Source of the DNA: Octopus bimaculoides | Lineage: Eukaryota | Assembly (NCBI RefSeq): GCF_001194135.2 | Contig: NC_068986.1 | Span: forward strand, 50,375,375 to 50,439,320 | Direction of reading: 5' to 3' | DNA: 63,946 nucleotides | Made by a program: the position numbers and the translations under genes | Notes under the pieces: model-generated | What the model saw: the letters and a program-made list of their open reading frames with translations, nothing else | Told to the model about the DNA's origin: nothing | The model's database searches: none | Shown here: positions 50,671-63,946 of the stretch, piece by piece | Layout: the number at the start of each line of letters is the position of its first letter | Numbering within the stretch: the stretch's first letter is position 1

Positions 50671-50909
50671 AAATACAGGCACAAGGCCTGAAATTTTGTT
50701 GGAAGGAGCTAGTTGATCACATCGATTGCCAGTGCACAACTGGTACTTATTTTATTGGCCCCGAAATGATAAAATGCAAAAGTAACCTTGTGGGATTTGA
50801 ACTCAGAATGTAAAGATTCAGACGAAATGTAGGTAAGCATTTTATCCAATGGCCTAATGATTCTGCCAGCTTGTTGCCTTGCATCATCATAATTGAATAA
50901 TGAAATCTT

Positions 50910-51095
50910 TCTATGCCTTCTCAGTGTAATAGTCTAAATCTCCTTGAACACAGTTCTTGCCATCTTTGAAATAAAGTCCACGGACAACACTAACCTATTA
51001 CAGGCTCAGAACGTTGATAAAACATAAAAATGATATTCTGAAAGATAACTATAGAACATCTTAAAAGTCCATGAAGTTCTGTTAAAATTGATGTT
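50910..51095 (+). mobile_element. Possible Tc1/mariner transposase C-terminal relic
   Basis: PSQCNSLNLLEH..L*NKVH loosely resembles WPxxSPDLNPIEH..LKxKV. Confidence 0.25.
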
Positions 51096-51355
51096 ACACC
51101 CCAGTTTGTGAGAAAGATAAGAGTGATAAAAAAATGAATCTTTTCTTATCAAGAATATAGCAGGTGACAGTCCAAAGCATCTGATAACCAGTAGAATGAA
51201 CTATCCAAGACAAAGAGTATTGGACAAATACAAGATGTCTGTCATGAAGATGTGTGAAGCAAGGACAGTTATAGACTGAGTTTTTCACAAATCAAAGCAA
51301 GCTTTTAATTTTGTTTCAGGCAGTGCATGTATGTGTATTGCTTACATGCCTTCAG

Positions 51356-51743
51356 TGGAGGTGCAATGGCCCAGTGGTTAGGGCAGTGGACTCGTGGTCA
51401 TAGGATCACGGTTTCGATTCCCAGACTGGGCGTTGTGAGTGTTTATTGAGCAGAAACACCTAAAGCTCCACGAGGCTCCAGCAGGGGATGGTAGCGAACC
51501 CTGCTGTACTCTTTCACCACAACTTTCTCTCACTCTTACTTCCTGTTTCTGTTGTGCCTGTAATTCAAAGGGTCAGCCTTGTCACTGTGTCACGCTGAAT
51601 ATCCCCGAGAACTACGTTAAGTGTACACGTGTCTCTGGAGTGCTCAGCCACTTGCCTGTTAATTTCACGAGCAGGCTGTTCCGTTGATCGGATCAACTGG
51701 AACCCTCGACGTCGTAAGCGACGGAGTGCCAACACACACACAC
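51356..51743 (+). mobile_element. SINE family A
   Basis: TSD ACATGCCTTCAG at 51344 and 51744. Confidence 0.9.
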
Positions 51744-52134
51744 ACATGCCTTCAGCTTGTAATGATGTTAAACATACTGTCTTCTATGGTTTGTTTCTCT
51801 AACCTTTGAGTAATTAATCACCATGAAACAAAGCCTATCACCAAAGACATCCCAGCCATAACCATTCCATATTTTTGAGGCCTACATTCTTTAATGCGCC
51901 TTTATTTTGTTAGACTGTAGAGTGAGATTTGAGGGAGAATTAGATGCTATTTCCAACGGGTGGTTTGTAATGTTTTTAGTTTAGTGAGGTAGAGAAGATA
52001 GGAGGTTGAAGTTTCAGTAACATAGTTATCGACATATCTTGTACGTTATTTGCAGATTAAATGGTAGGGTTTCATTTCTTTTGGCAATTTTTGTTCTTTG
52101 TATACTAATTAGAAGTGACTGAGATGTTTGAGAC

Positions 52135-52544
52135 TGGTGGTTCTCAACCAAGATCCATATAACCTTTGAGGATCCATATAACCTTTGAGGGTCCGTATAA
52201 CCTTTGAGGGTCCATATAACCTTTGAGGGTCCGTATAACCTTTGAGGGTCCGTATAACCTTTGAGGGTCCGTATAACCTTTGAGAGTCCATATAACCTTT
52301 GAGAGTCCGTATAACCTTTGAGAGTCCGTATAACCTTTGGGGGTCCATATAAGATTTTGATGTTAGACTTTACATGCAATAGCTTAGTTATATTCCTACA
52401 ATGCACAAAATATTTTAATTTTTTTCTTATCCAATTTTTAATTATAAAAATGTAATAGGGTTTTGTAAGCAATGAATGGCTATGAGGGTCTGAGTAAAAT
52501 AGGAATCAAAGGGGCCAAAGTGAAAAAATTAATGGTAACTACTG
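52135..52544. mobile_element. hAT-Charlie-like MITE containing a 19-bp minisatellite
   Basis: Degenerate CAGTGGTTCTCAACC-type ends. TSD GTTT(G)AGAC at 52126 and GTTTAGAC at 52545. Confidence 0.65.
52154..52352. repeat. Minisatellite, 19-bp unit TCC(A/G)TATAACCTTTGAG(G/A)G, 10 full units plus a partial
   Basis: Units counted directly, starting at 52154 with period 19. Confidence 0.95.
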
Positions 52545-52826
52545 GTTTAGACAACAGTTTGGATTTTGGTGTTTTATGCATGCGGGTGCCAGTTGTTGAG
52601 TGTTAGGTGAGGTGCAAAATTATGGTCTTCTCAATGGTTAGAGAACAGAACATACAATATATCCATTCAATTGTAACTGATCCAAGGTTGATTTACCTGC
52701 TAGAAGTACCAACCAAATCACTCACAAATCACATTCTGACATGTTGATAAAGTAAATCAGATAGATAGGCAGTCAGTGACTGCCTATTTGGGGCTGCTGA
52801 TTTGATGCTGACTTATTTGATGTCAG

Positions 52827-53209
52827 TTGAAGCACAATGGCCCAGTGGTTAGGGCAGCGGACTCACGGTCATAGGATCGCGGTTTCAATTCCCAGACTGG
52901 GCGTTGTGAGTGTTTATTGAGCGAAAACACCTAAAGCTCCACGAGGCTCCGGCAGGGGATGGTGGTGAACCCTGCTGTACTCTTTCACCACAACTTTCTC
53001 TCACTCTTACTTCCTGTTTCTGCTGTGCCTGTAATTCAAAGGGCCAGCCTTGTCACACTGTGTCACGCTGAATATCCCCAAGAACTACGTTAAGGGTACA
53101 CGTGTCTGTGGAGTGCTCAGCCACTTGCACGTTAATTTCACGAGCAGACTGTTCCGTTGATCGGATCAACTGGAACCCTCAACGTCATAAGTGACGGAGT
53201 GCCAACAAC
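52827..53209 (+). mobile_element. SINE family A
   Basis: TSD ATTTGATGTCAG at 52815 and 53210. Confidence 0.9.
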
Positions 53210-53738
53210 ATTTGATGTCAGACTTCCTGATATTTCTCTTATTCTCTGCTCCTCTTTCTCTGTTTATATGTGTGAGCATATTTCTCTTTATGTGTATGAG
53301 GGGAGGGGCAAGTTTATGTTAACAGTGTTCAATTAATAAACTGTCATGCCTTTCTCTCCCTCCACCCCTCTCCCTCTTTTTACCTGTATGTGTATATTCC
53401 TGCTCATGTGCATATGTATGTGAGACTATGTATTTGCCTCCAGTACCAAAAATTACTGTTGCCAATACATGCCAAACATCTAGTCAACAGTGCCAAATTG
53501 CCAGTATCCAAACAGCAGCACCCAACTGTCTCAACCTGATTCTAGACAAATTATGTCTGTAAAAGTAAATGTGAAGGTTGTGAGTGGTATGCTGGGTGAA
53601 TGATGAAGCAATGTGGATGGTATCAAAATCATTCAACAGCCTTCCTACATGCCATAGGTTTACTAGATCAAGATTCAGACAGAAACAAGCAGCAGCAGCA
53701 GCAACATCAGCCGTATGTTGTATAAATTAACACGTTAA

Positions 53739-54040
53739 CCACCAAAGCCTGTCACTGGAACTTAGTGGTGACGCCATGTATTTCGTGTAGTCATTTCATG
53801 CAGACGCCATGTATTTCGTGTATATTATTTAATTACATGGAAATGTAATTCTTTGTGCATTTTTACAATCTTTCATAATTAAACTTTTAATATTTAACAC
53901 TCATGTTATTTAAATATCCTTGAAACCATGTCAATGATATAGAATAAAATATTTCCTAAAATCATGAAAAATGTACCACCGGTGGAGCACATGGTGGCTG
54001 TGCGAAGTTTGTGATGAACCACTGGTCGTAGGTGTGATGG
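53739..54040. mobile_element. Possible TTAA-flanked MITE
   Basis: TTAA at both ends, weak CCA(C/T)CA terminal match, internal duplicated GACGCCATGTATTTCGTGTA. Confidence 0.35.
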
Positions 54041-54276
54041 TTAATGTGTTAATTTGAAAAGGAAAGTTAGAATTCATGATCACAGAAGGTGATCATGATG
54101 AAATATGTGATTGATGCCCTGCCAAAACAGCTGGAGGAAAAATGGATGAGAAGGTAGAATCATGAGTCTTATCAGAATGTTTGCAATAAGGTGTATTCCA
54201 CGAAACATCCAAAAATTGGGTGGTTTTTAAGCCAGGCAATGTGATATGTATCCTGAAGGGTGACTTGAATCATTAA

Positions 54277-54385
54277 CCTTTAGCACACTTAGGTGTATCA
54301 AGGCACAGTTAGAGTTTTTTCCCTTGAGGCTTAAGAGGGGAGAAAACTGGTACAGTGACATGCTGCATCTACAACGTGCTGAAGG
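54277..54385. mobile_element. Very short piggyBac-like MITE (109 bp)
   Basis: TTAA-CCTTTAGCAC ... GTGCTGAAGG-TTAA; 9/10 TIR match. Confidence 0.65.
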
Positions 54386-55989
54386 TTAAACACACCTAAA
54401 GTCCACCAGGTAGCAATGTTGAACCATGTGGTGTGCTAAACATCTTGTAAAGCGATTTGAATTATCAGAAATTATAAGGGTTTGTAAGGATTTTATAAGA
54501 TTTATAAAGATACCGACAAGCAGCATCCTTCTAAATCTCTGAGGTTCATAAAAAAAAAGTAAATATAAAAGGTTATTGTTAAGAAGTCTGTAATATGTAT
54601 TTCTTGAAGTAAATAACAGACATACTTGCAGAACAATCCTACCTTAGTTTGCACAGAGGAAAGAAAATAAAGTAGTAAATATGTCATCCAATAAAACATC
54701 ATATTCATCACATCTGCCAGGGTACTTCTAAGGCAATCACATAACTTGCTTAATGTAGCAGCTAAATCCCCCTCAAATATCAAGCTATTTTATTTTTTCA
54801 AACAGGAAACTACATATGACAAGACACAATACTGAAAATTACATGGCTACAACAGACATAATAGCAACAGTTAGAAGAACACTTCAACTATGAAGTCCAA
54901 CACAGCATATTTTCAGTTTGTGTTGCATTTTAAAATGTTCCGTTCAATGCAAACAGCCAAAGATTCTCTTATTCCATATAGTCTTTCAAATGAGAACCAC
55001 ACGACAGAGGCCTGAATTACCATAATAGAGACAAGACAGCCACAGAGGGAACTACTCAATAACATTGAGTATTTCCAAATTCTTACAATCATCTTAACCC
55101 CCTCCGTATACAATAAAATAGACTTATGCAACACGAGTTTGGTGACGGAGAAATGCATTAGAAATTCTGAGAATAAAATTTAGTGTCTTGTAATAACTGC
55201 AACAATCTATTTATTTAGTAATTTTCTATTAATTACAAATCAGTTATAAATATAATATTTATACAGTATTTAGAATGTCATGTTAGCATAGAATTGATTG
55301 ATTTAAAGACAATAAATACAGAAGTCGACACTATGAAGATTCGTCAAACCATATTCTTGGCTGTGGTGAGTGTCATGTAAATGGCACCTGTGAAATCATA
55401 GTCATGGCCGTTGGTGGCATCACGTAAATGGCACGTAAAAAGCACTCATTACACTCTTGGAGTGGTTGGCATTAGGAAGGGCATCAATGCCAAATCAGAC
55501 TGGAACCTGGTGCAACTCTCCAGCTTACCAGTTCCAGTCAAACCATCTAACCCATGCCAGCATGGAAAGCAGACCTATGACGATGATGATTATGAATACA
55601 GACACATTCTAGATTGGATCCCCAAACCAAAAGGATTTTTAACCTGACTGGTAAAGGAATCAACAGCACACTTAAAACCATTAACTCATATAATTTCCTT
55701 TCTTGTTTCTTCTACAACCATTGTGATGGTTTCTGCTCTTTTTCAACCTCTGCCCAGCTTCTTGGTCCAAACCCTCAGCACATTGTCTTTTACTATCATC
55801 CCTACTGTGTCTCAGCATACAAAATCCTTCGGTAAACACTGAGAAACCCTTCTTTCTAAGAACTACAGCCACCTGGAATTCTGCGCCCCCCCTCTCTCTC
55901 TCTCTCTCCAAAGAATTTCAAACTGAATATCGACCACATGAAGCTCACTAGTCCATTAAGGTATACAAAGGTCCATAGCAGAGTCCTGT

Positions 55990-56340
55990 GTGCATGTGTA
56001 TGGGAGAGAGAGAGAGAGAGAGCCACTTCGGTCATGAATGACCATGGGATTGTACCAAGAAAATTATCGTCTGAAGCACAAGTTCGGGTAAGGTTGATTA
56101 TAGAACTCAGCAGTCGCCCATGCATACCAGCCTCCCCTCTCCACACCACCGATGTTATCCAAGGGAAGGGTAAAGGCCGATGCAGCCTGGCACATGTGAC
56201 GTCGCAACCTATTTCTGCAGCTGAGTGAACTGGAGCAACATGAAGTAAAGTGTTTTGCTCAAGAACACAACACACAACCCTGACCGGGAATCGAACTCAC
56301 TACCTTATGATTGCGAGCCCGATGCTCTAACCATTGAGTC
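55990..56340 (-). mobile_element. SINE family E
   Basis: Reverse copy of the 1786-2104 family. Confidence 0.8.
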
Positions 56341-56379
56341 AATATATGATGGACCTTCCCATTAGTTTTGACATATGAG

Positions 56380-56630
56380 AATCCGAGAACCTACACTTTC
56401 TTTGTCAGTCATTATACTTATGTCGAACAATGATTTGCAAAGCCTGCAGATGTTGCAAATATGATGTTTATGAGTCAGTGCAGGTTGTATATTTGTACCC
56501 AGGTTTCTTTTTTGCTTTGCACCTCTTAGCCTTGTAATGCTGGTTGAAACAAAGTGTCTTAAACAATTTTGACATGACGAGATCTCCATTTTGCTCATTC
56601 CGAGATTGTTTGTTCAAAGATGTTGTGAGC
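56380..56630 (-). mobile_element. Degenerate RTE-type ORF C-terminus with a Cys-rich tail
   Basis: RHFVSTSITRL..KQKRN..HICNICR.CKS resembles RTE C-terminal zinc-knuckle regions. Confidence 0.4.
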
Positions 56631-59289
56631 TATATTGGCTGATGAGAGATTATATCCGTCCAACCCATGCCAGCATGAAACATGGACGTTGAACGATGAT
56701 ATATATATATATATATACATACACAGTGTTCCCCCTCAAATTCGATATCACCGACCATAACCTCCGTTAACAACAATCACAAATTCACCATCGTCAAACT
56801 CAGTTTCGTTATAGTCAGTCTTGATTATGTTATCAACTTTAATTTCGTTATTGTCAACATAAATGGGGATCCATTCTGCATAAATGTAGAATGGAGCGAG
56901 TTACATTGCTTTTTTTTTTTATCTTTATGAACAGACATTAATATCAGTGATTACTTGGCACAAAATTATATAATAATGTAAATATTAAAAGTTTTCAAAA
57001 AGGATTACAAGCCTTGTATAGTAATAAAAATTGTCGTATTACTATATATGTACGTGCATGCAATTAGTATATTATATATGAAAAACTACATGCTATACTA
57101 TATAACACAACAAAAACAAAAATATCAGTTTACTCGTTCATTTATTATTCCCATTTCTTAACTCTCTTACATATTCCCCAAAAATCTAGTACAATTATCT
57201 TAGTTATCTACTAAGCCAGTGTGAAAGGGATCGCAGATCAACGCAAAATGAAGTGTTTTGCTGAAGAACACAACACACCACAAAGTACAGGAATCAAAAC
57301 CATGATCGCGCAATCATGAGTATAGCACCCTAACCATTAGACCAAGCGTCTTCAATCGGCAACACACACGATGAGGTGAGAATAGAGAACTGGGTAATAG
57401 AAAAATATAGATAATTGTAAATACTACATCAAATAATCAATTGATGAAAATGGAGTGGGAGTATGTAGGGGCAGTGGTGGACTGGGTCTAAAAATATTGG
57501 TTGCCAGGAGACTAAGGGAGCCCACCCGCAACTACAATGCTATCATTTAATTTTTTCTTTTTCTTAAAAGTATTCTTTTCAACTATCTACAAACACAGCC
57601 AGGCTGAAATAATGCATTCTTCAAGGAGTGAATAAAAAATTTTCAAACTTGAGGATATAGGCCCCTTATATACTAACATGGGCCCCTATAAATGGATTCT
57701 AATGGTGCAGAGGCCCACTTGCCATAGGGGTACGCTGTATCCCTACTTTTCAACTGAAAGAGTTTGTGTGAATGTGAGTATGAGTTTGGGGCGGTACTGA
57801 GTCTAGTCCTATACCATGACAACTTAACATTTCAGTCTTTACCGTACCCCTATTTCTAATAGTCATTTCTATCGCTGCAGGTAATAGAAATATGTCAGAT
57901 ACAGAAGAAGAGTAGAGAACAAGAATAATGGCAGAATGGAGTTATTCCAAAAGGTACTGCAATATATTTTACGACAAAGAAGAAAAAAAAAAGGAAAAAT
58001 GAAATTCCTTTTATCATTAAAAACGGAAAAAGTTTGACCAATACGTGTTACAAACTGTACTACGTAGTCAAATACTAAGTTCAATGCCTGTCAGCCAGTA
58101 TCTACTTTGTCTTATAACTTCCTGGGATCAATAAAATAAAGAAAAAAATTGATTTAACTAACATTTCCTCCCGTTTCCTCATCCACCTACACTCAACCGA
58201 AAAACTATATAGCATTACGCTTAGAGTTGGGAATTTTTATTATGCTGGTCTTAGCATATTTGTTTGACTCTTAAAATATCTTTATGGTATTCAGTTACAG
58301 ATCTTTATATTCTGAGTTTAGATCCCACCAAAGTCAACATCGAAATATCATCCTTTCCAGGTTTCATAAAATAATGTACCAATTAGAATCGACTTTAGCC
58401 ATCTCCAAATTTGAAGTCATAGCCTTATGCTAGAAAATCTTATCACCTTCCTTAAAGATCCGAATTAAAAAATTCCACCGGCTTCAAATATTGGTTATCA
58501 TCACTTCGGGATAAAGAAAATATATACTATTCAAGTACGAGAGCTGATTACATCAACAGCAGCCATGTCTCAAAATTCATTTGTTTGTGCTTATAGATAA
58601 AAACAGAAAAACTATTACTTGTAAGAAATTATTATTATTATTATTATTATCAATCTCAACAAAATAGATTTGTGCCCTAATTTGCTTCAACTTGTTTAGG
58701 TTTTTGTTGGACTTTCTTTTTTTATACTATTTATATTTTCTACTTCTGGTGTGCGTGTCAAACCACACAGTTTTCCTTCACAAGAGCTAGAATATATGAC
58801 AGTGTTATTATATTATAGCTGCAAACATACAAAGATATTAAAACATAGTGTTCCTCCAATGCACCTACCCCACGTCCATTTTATTTCTTTTTTGGCTCCG
58901 ACTTATTTATTTATGATAGTTTGGCTCTCTTTCTCTTATTATTATTTTTACTATTTGTAAGGGAATCAATGAACAGTGGCAGACTCGATGTTGTAGCCAT
59001 TGGAAGTAGTCAACTGTCGTGGCTTGTTCGTATAAATCAACCATTCCGCAGGTGAAAGGCACAGTTCAAACATGTCGCTTCTATTAAAAGCTGCGTCGGC
59101 TGCCAGCTTTGACTGACATCAAACCAGCTGATGTTGACAGCCACTGCAAACATAAATAACACCTATATCGCTCATGAATAAACATTTACCTTCAGCTAGT
59201 TGAATTAATCAGCCATTCTTCCTTTTCTTCCTTCGGACTGCTTGCTTCTTCCCAACGACATTTCCTTGTCAGTTCGCCTTAACACTTAT

Positions 59290-59737
59290 TCTCTGCCTTG
59301 TCCCTCTCTCTCTCTTTCTTTCTCTCTCTCTCTTCCTCTCTCTTCTCTCTTCCACTCTCTACTTGTCTCTCAACTTTTGCTTCATCCGCTTGCCTTCTTA
59401 TTCTCTCTTAGTTCTTGTACTATCACCTCACATTCTCTTTAACTTCTTTTGCCTTTCATTTTATATCTCATTACTCTTTAGTTCTCTTTCCTCCTACAAC
59501 ATCTCACCTTTCTTTCTACATCTCCCGTCTTCTCTCGCATTGTTCCTCCTTTTCATACTCCTCTTACTTTTCCTTAGCCTCTTTTGATAAGCTTTATCGT
59601 TAAAATTTTAGCGCAATTTTCTCTATTTATCTATCTTTCTCGTTTTCTTTCTTTCTTTCCATCTATCTATAAATGAAAAGCTTTACAATTGTATTTGTCC
59701 CCTCTGTGTACAGCCCTGTGTGGCTAATAAAAGAAAG

Positions 59738-59791
<54 letters not shown>

Positions 59792-59800
59792 GTCAGTCCA
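59290..59800. repeat. CT-rich low-complexity tract followed by (TATC)n
   Basis: Strong pyrimidine skew, then tetranucleotide repeats. Confidence 0.85.
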
Positions 59801-60322
59801 TCTGTCTGTCTGTATGTATGTATGAATGTATATCAATCTGTATTCATCATCAACCAATGCATTTCTTCATTACCTTCTTCCTCTGTCTTTTCACAGTCCA
59901 CTGTTTTAATGATTTGTGTTTGTAATCATGTATCAATCTATCTATCCATCCATCCATCTATCTATCCATCTATCCATCTATCTATCTGTTTGTACGTTTT
60001 CTCTCATACAAACAATCAAAACTCAACGTTATCATTGTGCACACAATATGCAGTTAGCACGATCATTAAACGTGTCTGATACGATCAGTTTGTATGGCTT
60101 AGGTCATCCCTTGAGGTTTGCTTTCCATGATGCAAGACTGTTTCCCCATCACTTTCTACCGTTCATTGTCCTTATCAAAACAAAAGTGGCATCTTGATGA
60201 AAATTGCATCCAAGGTAGTAAGAATGTCATTCTCACCGATACACTTCTGGCTCAAACAGTTCCATGCCTTGCTACAAAATAGGCACGCATGCGCATATAG
60301 TGACACGAATAAATAGACACGC

Positions 60323-60360
<38 letters not shown>

Positions 60361-60524
60361 TTACATATATTCGTACATTTACACACGGAGCATACAGTAC
60401 ATTTACACACGGAGCATACAGTACATTCACAGACATAACTGTACATATACATACATGTAAGTATAGGTATGTAGTTATGCATGTATGTAGTCTGTCTATC
60501 TGTCTGTCTGTATATTTATATATG

Positions 60525-60560
<36 letters not shown>

Positions 60561-60691
60561 CATACATATATGTATATATGAATGTATATATTTATATGCG
60601 TATATGAGTGCAAAGATATGCTTAATATAAATGAACAAACTTACAAAAATTTGGATTTTGCCATCATCTGACACTAACAAAGACATGAATT

Positions 60692-60742
<51 letters not shown>

Positions 60743-60969
60743 GCGTTCACATATATTCTCTATGTACTCATACGAACGCGAATCCATACATGTACATTAT
60801 AATACAAATACATAAACAGATTTATGAGTTAGATGCCATTTTGAGTCTCGGACAATGTCATAATTCACACGCTGCGCACACGCACATCTGCACACATATT
60901 CATAAAGCATACACACACACACACANNNNNNNNNNNNNNNNNNNNNNNNNNNNNNNNNNNNNNNNNNNN

Positions 60970-61001
<32 letters not shown>

Positions 61002-61256
61002 TCATGAAACATGCATTTACGCACGTACAGATTGACACGCACACACGTATTTAGCTGCAATTTTTCGTATATATATATATATTTTTACATTTACAATTTA
61101 TATATATATATATATACGCTGATACACGAACTTATCGTGAACATTTACACACGAGTATAAATATACACTTAACTACGCATTATATACGCGTCTAAACAAA
61201 TATATACAAATACACTCACACACATACACACACAAAACGCACACACGCACACATAT

Positions 61257-63919
61257 CAGAGGCGACTTCAGGTCACCAGCCTCATTCGTACTCATCACAG
61301 ATTTCGCATAAAACATGTATAAAAGGTAAGAGACGTAATGTAAACCGCAAACTTATATACGCATTGATAATTCAACAGTAAACAAGTTTGCTGCTTCTAA
61401 CGAAAGAATGCAACAGAAATATAGCTTTAATATAAAAATTACTTCATTCATACATGAACTCCAGTCGTCTTGGTTCGATGGCGAACTCATGTAATATTCT
61501 GTCTTACAGCTCCTTGTTGTGCAAGTCGTTCAAAATGCTTTCCTCGATGGAAATACCACCCAGTGAAGACAACCGTTCTTGGGCCATTGTGCTTCTCAAT
61601 TATGAGCGGATTCTATCCAACGTTGAGAAACTTCTCATTAGCGACTGATGTTAAGGGGATGGTCAGCACTAGCTTAATTAGTTTAATGAATCCTGGTATA
61701 GCGGAAGTCAAGTCCAATGTATACAGCAATTCTAAAATGGAATTGATTGATTTGCACTTTTTGAAATCACTGTCAATATACACATATTTTAGCTCGTCTA
61801 CTAAGCTCTTACAGTAAAAAAAATACAGGGATACGTGTTTTCTAGAAAGTCCATATGTTGCATGGGAAATGAGTTAGAAAACTCTTCAAACTTATTAATG
61901 ACCAGTAATTTTTAAAAAATGCACACTCCTGAATGCCAGAAAATCTCTCTCGTAAGAACATTAGAATGTTGTCAATTATTTCAAAATAGGTAGTTTTGTA
62001 ATTAATTTCTGCACCTCTGACTCTTTTTCTAGGAGGAGGAGGAGGATCGGACTCATCGACTTGTTCAATTACAGCAGCTGTATCGCATAGAATGTTTTTA
62101 TAATGTTCATCCTTACGATAACCTTCAACACAATGAAAAAGTATGTTATGAAAGTAATTGATGAAAAACATGAATGTGAAATCATTCAACTTTGCCAATA
62201 GATTGTCTGTTTGACAAAGTGTATCTTTATCCCACTCTTCACCAGGCATTTTTCAAGTTCTCATGCAATAGTTTTATGGATGACACAGTTCTTGATCTAT
62301 AGCACCATCTTGTTTCGCACAGTGATGGAATACTGACATTAAATTGCCTGAAAACGTTTTCCGCTTGGGACTGGAAAATGTAAATTTACTAAAGACACGT
62401 CAATGAGAAAAAATATTTTTACTCCACTAAGTTTATGCGCATAGCAGTGAATGAAGTGCGCGTGTTTAAATCCTTTAGCCCTTACCTTGCTCTATACTCC
62501 AGTTACCATTCCTGCCATTACAGCTGCTCCGTCGTAAGTCTGACTCGTTAGTTTATCTGTAGTGTCACTGAGGGAGTTCAATGCAGTTGCGATCACATCA
62601 GACAGTCTTGTAGCACTATTATCATCACTGACTTCACAGAATTCAAGAAATCGTTGACATGTTTTGGCTTCATATACATATCTTATTATTATCGACAGTT
62701 GGACATGCATTACACAGTCTGTAGTTTCGTCGGCTTGTACAGACATAAACGGAGTTTTATCAACTTCGCCTCTAATTTCATCAGAGATGACATTTCCAAT
62801 CGCTTGTATTAGGTCATTTTGTATTGTACCTGAGACTCATGAAAACCGTTTCGACTCCTCTTTAGTAGAAAGTCCAGAAGCAAACGCGCTGTCGATTTCA
62901 GCAGAGCACTGCAATAGTTCATGGTAATTTCCTTTATTGAGGCTGTGACTTCCTTCATCGTCTCCACGTAAAGGCAACTCTTGTTTACACAGGTATAACA
63001 CTGCATTTGTTGGCTGCTTTAAATATTGTCTATTTTCTTCAGCGGCTTTCTTTTGCCATTCTTTTTCGTAGATTGGAATTTAAATCCTGATTTCTATAGA
63101 AATTTATTGTTTCAAGAGAACATTGAATTTTAATTGCTTTATAATGGAAGGAAGGTTTTTATGATACTTTTGGGGTATCTTTTTCTTCCTTTATAATTAT
63201 TCTGTCAATTCAAGGAACTGGAAATACGAAGAATGAAGTTCTCAGGCGGAGTAAATTCAATAACCGTTTATTCACAGGTGCTTCGTACAAGGGGCTTGCT
63301 TTCAGTAACCATCTTCACAGCAGTACTTGGTTACCCTTCTCTCCCATACACGTGAGGTTCAATAACCTCTGGTGACAATGCATGTAGTATCACAGCGGGA
63401 CAATAGTCCGCTGTGAGCTCCTGGCTTCGAAGTGTTGCCCGGCGTCAGCGAAAGAAGAATAAGAGGGAAAATGTTGGTGTCTTTTCCTTAAATAATGGTT
63501 GCAGGTTAGATCTCGTTTTTGTCTCACGTATGGCAATGGTTGCAGGCGAGATTTCGCTCTTTCAAAATGGTGCTGGCTTCTTTGTGCCTCGCTACAACTT
63601 TTAATTTTTACGATTATAGATCACAACTTGGGCTGTAACTTTTGAGCCCGTGTCAGGCGAGTGCGAATGATGTCGAGAGAGCCTCTGCTACGAATGATAT
63701 TTTTTGATACAGGGCACCTCTAAGACGACCGCGAGACGCTGAACGAAAATAAATGAACTGCGACCAGGCTCATTAAAAGGAGCCAGAGTTATTGGCTGCA
63801 ATTACATACTTGAAGTCAGTGTTGGCAGAAATTAAATCAGCTTGCAAATACACACGTTCATTTTACTAAATTTATACTCGGGCTAAGCCCGAACAGCTTG
63901 AGTGCCGGCGTTGCCACTG
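61257..63919 (-). mobile_element. Degenerate near full-length hAT DNA transposon (ZMYM1/DUF4371-type transposase)
   Basis: Imperfect TIRs CAGAGGCGAC (61257) and GTTGCCACTG (ending 63919), 8/10 match. Flanks ACACATAT and ATATATAT. Transposase motifs on the minus strand. Confidence 0.8.
61454..63075 (-). pseudogene. hAT transposase pseudogene
   Basis: Minus-strand translation gives NRQYL..KQELPLRGDDE..NKGNYHELL, SGTIQNDLI, QADETTD, QTYDGAAVMAG, HCYAHKL (CxxH), CETRW, and LTIPLTS..E/RSFSTL..LRSTMAQERLSSL (hATC dimerisation domain). Several stops and frameshifts. Confidence 0.9.
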
Positions 63920-63946
63920 ATATATATATATATATATATATATATA

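Noticed and set aside
52026-52472. Repetitive ORFs (YTDPQRLYGPSKVIRTLKG) or a CRISPR-like array
   Set aside because: Translation of a 19-bp minisatellite. There are no unique spacers and no cas genes, and the context is eukaryotic.
59144-59189. 46-nt GT-AG micro-intron joining two coding exons on the minus strand
   Set aside because: All three frames have stops within about 35 nt upstream of the donor, the downstream frame stops after about 35 codons, and the intron would be unusually short.

Overview
Eukaryotic, AT-rich, microsatellite-dense draft-assembly window with several N gaps. The repeat content suggests a cephalopod, probably Octopus (inference). Only one host protein-coding exon is well supported: a 3.3-kb + strand exon (30315-33625) encoding a protostome-type teashirt/tiptop zinc-finger transcription factor. 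It carries a PLDLS CtBP motif, the KLVRGQDMWL linker, four C2H2-like fingers plus one C2HC motif, and no recognisable homeodomain. The exon is entered through a strong phase-1 splice acceptor. A candidate promoter and first exon lie at about 7.7-8.8 kb (Pbx/Meis TGATTGACAG decamer, CpG/GA-rich stretch, phase-1 GTAAGA donor at 8817). Most of the rest is transposon-derived: at least four tRNA-headed SINE families (labelled A, B, C, E here), 5'-truncated RTE LINEs, a Tx1/L1-like ORF1 remnant, a near full-length dead hAT transposon (61257-63919), and MITEs of piggyBac-like, hAT-Charlie-like and Tc1/pogo-like type. The most striking non-gene signal is an intact minimal type I hammerhead ribozyme core at 11134-11178, in sense orientation inside the inferred first intron, with a second degenerate one near 20.4 kb. 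No CRISPR array, rRNA or true tRNA gene is supported. All family assignments come from visual motif reading; no database search was run.
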